This document shows positions 59,534-64,000 of a DNA stretch of 64,000 nt, piece after piece. Made by a program: the position numbers and the translations under genes. How positions within the stretch are numbered: position 1 is the first letter of the stretch; each line of letters starts with the position of its first letter. The notes beneath the pieces are model-generated. The model searched no databases. It worked only from the letters and a program-made list of their open reading frames with translations, and was not told the DNA's origin. This DNA comes from Macrostomum hystrix (Eukaryota; Animalia; Platyhelminthes): assembly GCA_950097015.1 (NCBI GenBank), contig CATNEN010000027.1, positions 62,001-126,000 of the forward strand, given 5' to 3'.

Positions 59534-60854
59534 GGGTCATTCTCAAAATTATGTACCGAGAAGGCATTAACAAAAAAAATATTTTTTTCACTATTTTTAT
59601 CGTTTTAAAGTGTGCTGCGAGGATTCAATACTTTTGAAAGTTTTCTAAACATTTGAAAAAATGAAAAAATAGCGTTTTTACTGCATTCTTACGTTGTTTA
59701 AAATCACAAATAAATTTTTTGCGAAGTTTTAAATTTTCCGCGCATGCGCATTTGCCATAAAAGTTCACGACTGCAAGCTTAATTATGATAAAATATTAAG
59801 TACTACTCCCATCTAATGAATTTAAAAGTAATCTAAGCTAAAATGACTATTAAATTTATGCCACTAAGTGCTGTGACTCAGCTTTTTTCGAAGTATTTCA
59901 TTTGAAAACTAAAAGGTAAATAAATTCTGTGAGGTATTGAAGCTCCATTTTTGAAAGCGAATAAAATAAAAAGACAGAAGCAATTCGCATTCTCTTATAA
60001 ATATTTATATCACGATACTGTATCTGAATTAATGCGTAATTATTAGCAATATACTAATTGTATTTAAAAACAGCAAACATAAAAAATATAAAAATCGACT
60101 CGAATGCTTATGCACAACAACACTGTCAAGAAAAAAGATTTCTCGCATATACTGGTACCTTAATACATGGAAATATTACAGATATGATGCCACCTTCCTA
60201 AGGAATAAATCTACGTGTTTTGAATATTTCTAATTATTATAGAAAATGAAAGATACACCATAATTTGCTTATTGTAACATTTTTTGTGTCTGGAAAGGAG
60301 ATTTCATGACATAAGAAATGCCAAAATAGTGTAAAAATGTGAATTTTTATTGACAAGACACGCACCTCTGAATTTCATATCATCATTGCTTCATTTTATT
60401 ACAAGAATTTCCTTGACGGCCAATTAAATAAAAATTGTGCTATATGTATACATTCAAATTGTTCGAAGCTTCTGGACCTTGGAAAATTTTGAATTTTTTC
60501 AGAAAAAATTTACATTAACTATGTTAATTTTATTAGATATAACAAAAAACAATAATAAAAGATTTTTCTAAAATAAGACAACTATGTTTAATATACGAAA
60601 ACTAAAAAAAAATATGCACTTTTTGTATGACCTTATCTAATAGCAAAATGTACGTCAGAAAGCAAAATAATTTACGGTGTTTTTGAAGGCAATAAACAAA
60701 TGTAAATGCTGGTCCATATTAATGTTATTTTGTGGTTCTGGTTTCTATTTTGCACTCTACTAGAGACACAGATTAGAATAAATAAAGTTTTTTGCAATTG
60801 TCAAAAACTTTTTTTACAACACACTATTTCCGAGCATTAATTTGAGAATGACCC
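59534..60854. mobile_element. Non-autonomous TIR element with 4-bp TSD, Sola2-like, 1321 bp
   Basis: Perfect 14-bp TIR gggtcattctcaaa / tttgagaatgaccc; TGCT on both flanks; AT-rich non-coding interior. Confidence 0.68.
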
Positions 60855-61401
60855 TGCTAATACTTTAATTAGATTTCAAATTCCCGCCAATTTATCCGTG
60901 ACTCATTAGTCTAATGAGATCATAACCTGCATAAAAATTACATTAGATCTTTGGCTATAGACAGAGAGAACTTTATTAAACTTGTACTTAATAAATTTTA
61001 AGACATTGCTATATTGATTGTTATTCTATAGTAATTGCAAGCATTATAACAAAATATCGTATTTTTAGTTTCTCGTCCTCGAAAGTTAATTTTGACAGAT
61101 TTTTTTACATTAGTCTAATTAACTATGTTTTGACGCACGTAGTAATAAGAACGGAACTAATTTTCGGTTAAATGTGATTTGGCGCGAATTTAAAACTGCG
61201 TCGAAGATCTAGTTTTAAATTGAATTGATCGCATATTTTTGAGTGATGACTCATAAAAATTAATTAATTAAATATTACACCTGGATGTTCATTTAGAGCA
61301 CAACCATAACGAGAGTCAAATTCAGTTAATATATACACCTATTATCACAGTAGCATATTAACTATCAGAGGTAGCATCATACAATTTATTCGATTCAGCA
61401 C

Positions 61402-61607
61402 TTATGTCCGCCAGTGTGAAGTCGCTGCCATGGTTACCACAGCCGCGGCCGCAGCCAGCACCAGATGGTGCCGCGAGGAGACAGCAGATCCGCTGTTGCC
61501 GTAGCCCAGCTGCTGCTGCCGCTGCAGGCCCTGCTGTCGCTGCTGCTGCTGCTGCTGCTGATGAAGCAGCAGTTGCTCGCCTCTGCTTGATATTCTCGGA
61601 TCCTGCT
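61402..61607 (-). CDS. Probable terminal coding exon (polyQ/Ala-rich) of a minus-strand gene extending to the right
   Basis: Acceptor ctttcaatccag, then ..QDPRISSRGEQLLLHQQQQQQRQQGLQRQQQLGYGNSGSAVSSRHHLVLAAAAAVVTMAATSHWRT*. GC-rich island. No homology recognised. Confidence 0.4.
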
Positions 61608-61629
61608 CTGGATTGAAAGTTTTGCGGCT

Positions 61630-62165
61630 TTTTTGAGAGATGGAAGAGTGACGAGAAGGGATGGAAGAGTGACGAGAAGGGATGGAAGAGTGACGAGAAG
61701 TGATGGAGAGTGACGAGAAGCGATGGAAGAGTGACGAGAAGGGATGGAGGAGTGACGAGAAGGGATGGAAGAGTGACGAGAAGGGATGGAAGAGTGACGA
61801 GAAGGGATGGAAGAGTGACGAGAAGGGACGGGAGAGTGACGAGAGGGAACCGGAGAGTGACGAGAAGGGATGGAAGAGTGACGAGAAGGGATGGAAGAGT
61901 GACGAGAAGGGATGGAAGAGTGACGAGAAGAGACGGGAGAGTGACGAGAGGGAACCGGAGAGTGACGAGAAGGGACGGAAGAGTGACGAGAAGGGATGGA
62001 AGAGTGACGAGAAGGGACGGGAGAGTGACGAGAAGGGATGGAAGAGTGACGAAAAGTGATGGAAGAGTGACGAGAAGTGACGAGAGTGAGAGAAGTGAGA
62101 GAGTGACGAGAAGTGACGGGAGAGTGACGAGAGGGGACAGGAGAGTGACGAGAAGGAACGGAGAG
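61630..62165. repeat. 21-bp minisatellite (gagtgacgagaagggatggaa), about 25 copies
   Basis: Direct tandem repetition. Confidence 0.95.
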
Positions 62166-62689
62166 TAGCCAGACTAGTTTTCTCGCAAGAAAAAAGAATA
62201 TACCCTTCTAGTTATTGCCTAAATATAAAATATTACAAAAAGGCTTATGAAAAGGAAAGCATTGTAATGCACCATTTTCTAAATCAAATTTCATTATTTT
62301 TTCTACGAGGACAAAAAGGCAGAAATGTTGAACTGTCTGCGGATACAGGTACTCAGTCGACCCTGGACATTGATTGACAGGTCATGCTTCAGGGAATCCA
62401 GTGTCTGTGTTCTGCAAAGCTTCAGGTTTCTGCATTCAAGTATAGAACGCCGAAAGCGGAATATAATTATCAGCCCGATTTTCGCATTCCATTCGGCTCT
62501 CAACTCCATTGTGTTATGAATGTTGCATTGGTTGGCATGCATGAATGCGTTCGGGATTTGTGGGGATTTGAATCTGACGAATTTGAAATCCGATGAGCCT
62601 GAAACAAAATATACGATATTTCTAAATTCTGTCTGATCTACATATTTCGATTTTCGGCTAATTTTGATTTTAGTTTTTTTATGTGAGTG

Positions 62690-64000
62690 TCCCTGATTCC
62701 TGAGTTGACTGTCCCTGATTCCTCAGCTGACTGTCCCTGATTCCTCAGTTGAGTGTCCCTGATTCCTCAGTTGACTGTCCCTGATTCCTCAGTTGACTGT
62801 CCCTGATTCCTCAGTTGACTGTCCCTGATTCCTCAGTTGACTGTCCCTGATTCCTCAGTTGACTGTCCCTGATTTCTCAGTTGACTGTCCCTGATTCCTC
62901 AGCTGACTGTCCCTGATTCCTCAGTTGACTGTCCCTAATTCCTCAGCTGACTGTCCCTGATTCCTCAGTTGAGTGTCCCTGATTCCTCAGCTGACTGTCC
63001 CTGATTCCTCAGTTGACTGTCCCTGATTCCTCAGTTGACTGTCCCTGATTCCTCAGTTGACTGTCCCTGATTCCTCAGTTGACTGTCCCTGATTCCTCAG
63101 CTGACTGTCCCTGATTCCTCAGTTGACTGTCCCTGATTCCTCAGTTGACTGTCCCTGATTCCTCAGTTGACTGTCCCTGATTCCTCAGTTGAGTGTCCCT
63201 GATTCCTCAGTTGAGTGTCCCTGATTCCTCAGTTGACTGTCCCTAATTCCTCAGCTGACTGTCCCTGATTCCTCAGTTGAGTGTCCCTGATTCCTGGGTT
63301 GACTGTCCCTGATTCCTGAGTTGACTGTCCCTGATTCCTGGGTTGACTGTCCCTGATTCCTCAGTTGACTGTCCCTGATTCCTGAGTTGACTGTCCCTGA
63401 TTCCTCAGTTGACTGTCCCTAATTCCTCAGTTGACTGTCCCTGATTCCTCAGTTGACTGTCCCTGATTCCTCAGTTGACTGTCCCTGATTCCTCAGTTGA
63501 CTGTCCCTAATTCCTCAGTTGACTGTCCCTAATTCCTCAGTTGAGTGTCCCTGATTCCTGAGTTGACTGTCCCTGATTCCTCAGCTGACTGTCCCTGATT
63601 CCTCAGCTGACTGTCCCTGATTCCTCAGCTGACTATCCCTGATTCCTCAGTAGACTGTCCCTGATTCCTCAGTTGACTGTCCCTGATTCCTCAGTTGACT
63701 GTCCCTGATTCCTCAGCTGACTGTCCCTGATTCCTCAGTTGACTGTCCCTGATTCCTCAGCTGACTGTCCCTGATTCCTCAGTTGACTGTCCCTGATTCC
63801 TCAGTTGACTGTCCCTGATTCCTCAGCTGACTGTCCCTGATTCCTCAGTTGACTGTCCCTGATTCCTCAGTTGACTGTCCCTGATTCCTCAGGTGACTGT
63901 CCCTGATTCCTCAGTTGACTGTCCCTGATTCCTCAGCTGACTGTCCCTGATTCCTCAGTTGACTGTCCCTGATTCCTCAGTTGACTGTCCCTGATTCCTC
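62690..64000. repeat. 22-bp minisatellite (gactgtccctgattcctcagtt), about 60 copies, runs off the window end
   Basis: Period 22 (62761, 62783). Confidence 0.96.

Noticed and set aside
62303-62542. 79-aa minus-strand ORF as a confident exon
   Set aside because: AT-rich, weak donor candidates and no homology; kept only as a possibility in the last finding.

Overview
Eukaryotic (metazoan) genomic DNA. GC-rich, Ala/Gln-rich exons, AT-rich spacers and minisatellite-filled introns suggest a Macrostomum-like free-living flatworm; this is an inference and was not verified. Spliced gene models were rebuilt by hand with consistent GT-AG phases: a CYP26-like cytochrome P450 (+), CDK20/CCRK (-), TMEM216/TMEM80-family (+), a Methuselah/adhesion-type 7TM GPCR without an obvious ectodomain (+), SHOC2 (-), DBR1 (-), a 284-aa RGG/Ser-Pro-rich protein I do not recognise, with a 27-nt microexon (-), ENY2 (-), staufen (+), and a probable terminal exon of a further minus-strand gene. 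More than 20 unrelated tandem arrays (19-61 bp units) occur, and 10 of 18 introns carry one. There are also two tRNA-derived SINE families and many non-autonomous TIR elements with readable target-site duplications (TSDs), including a three-level nested insertion. No CRISPR array, rRNA, bona fide tRNA or transposase ORF was found.
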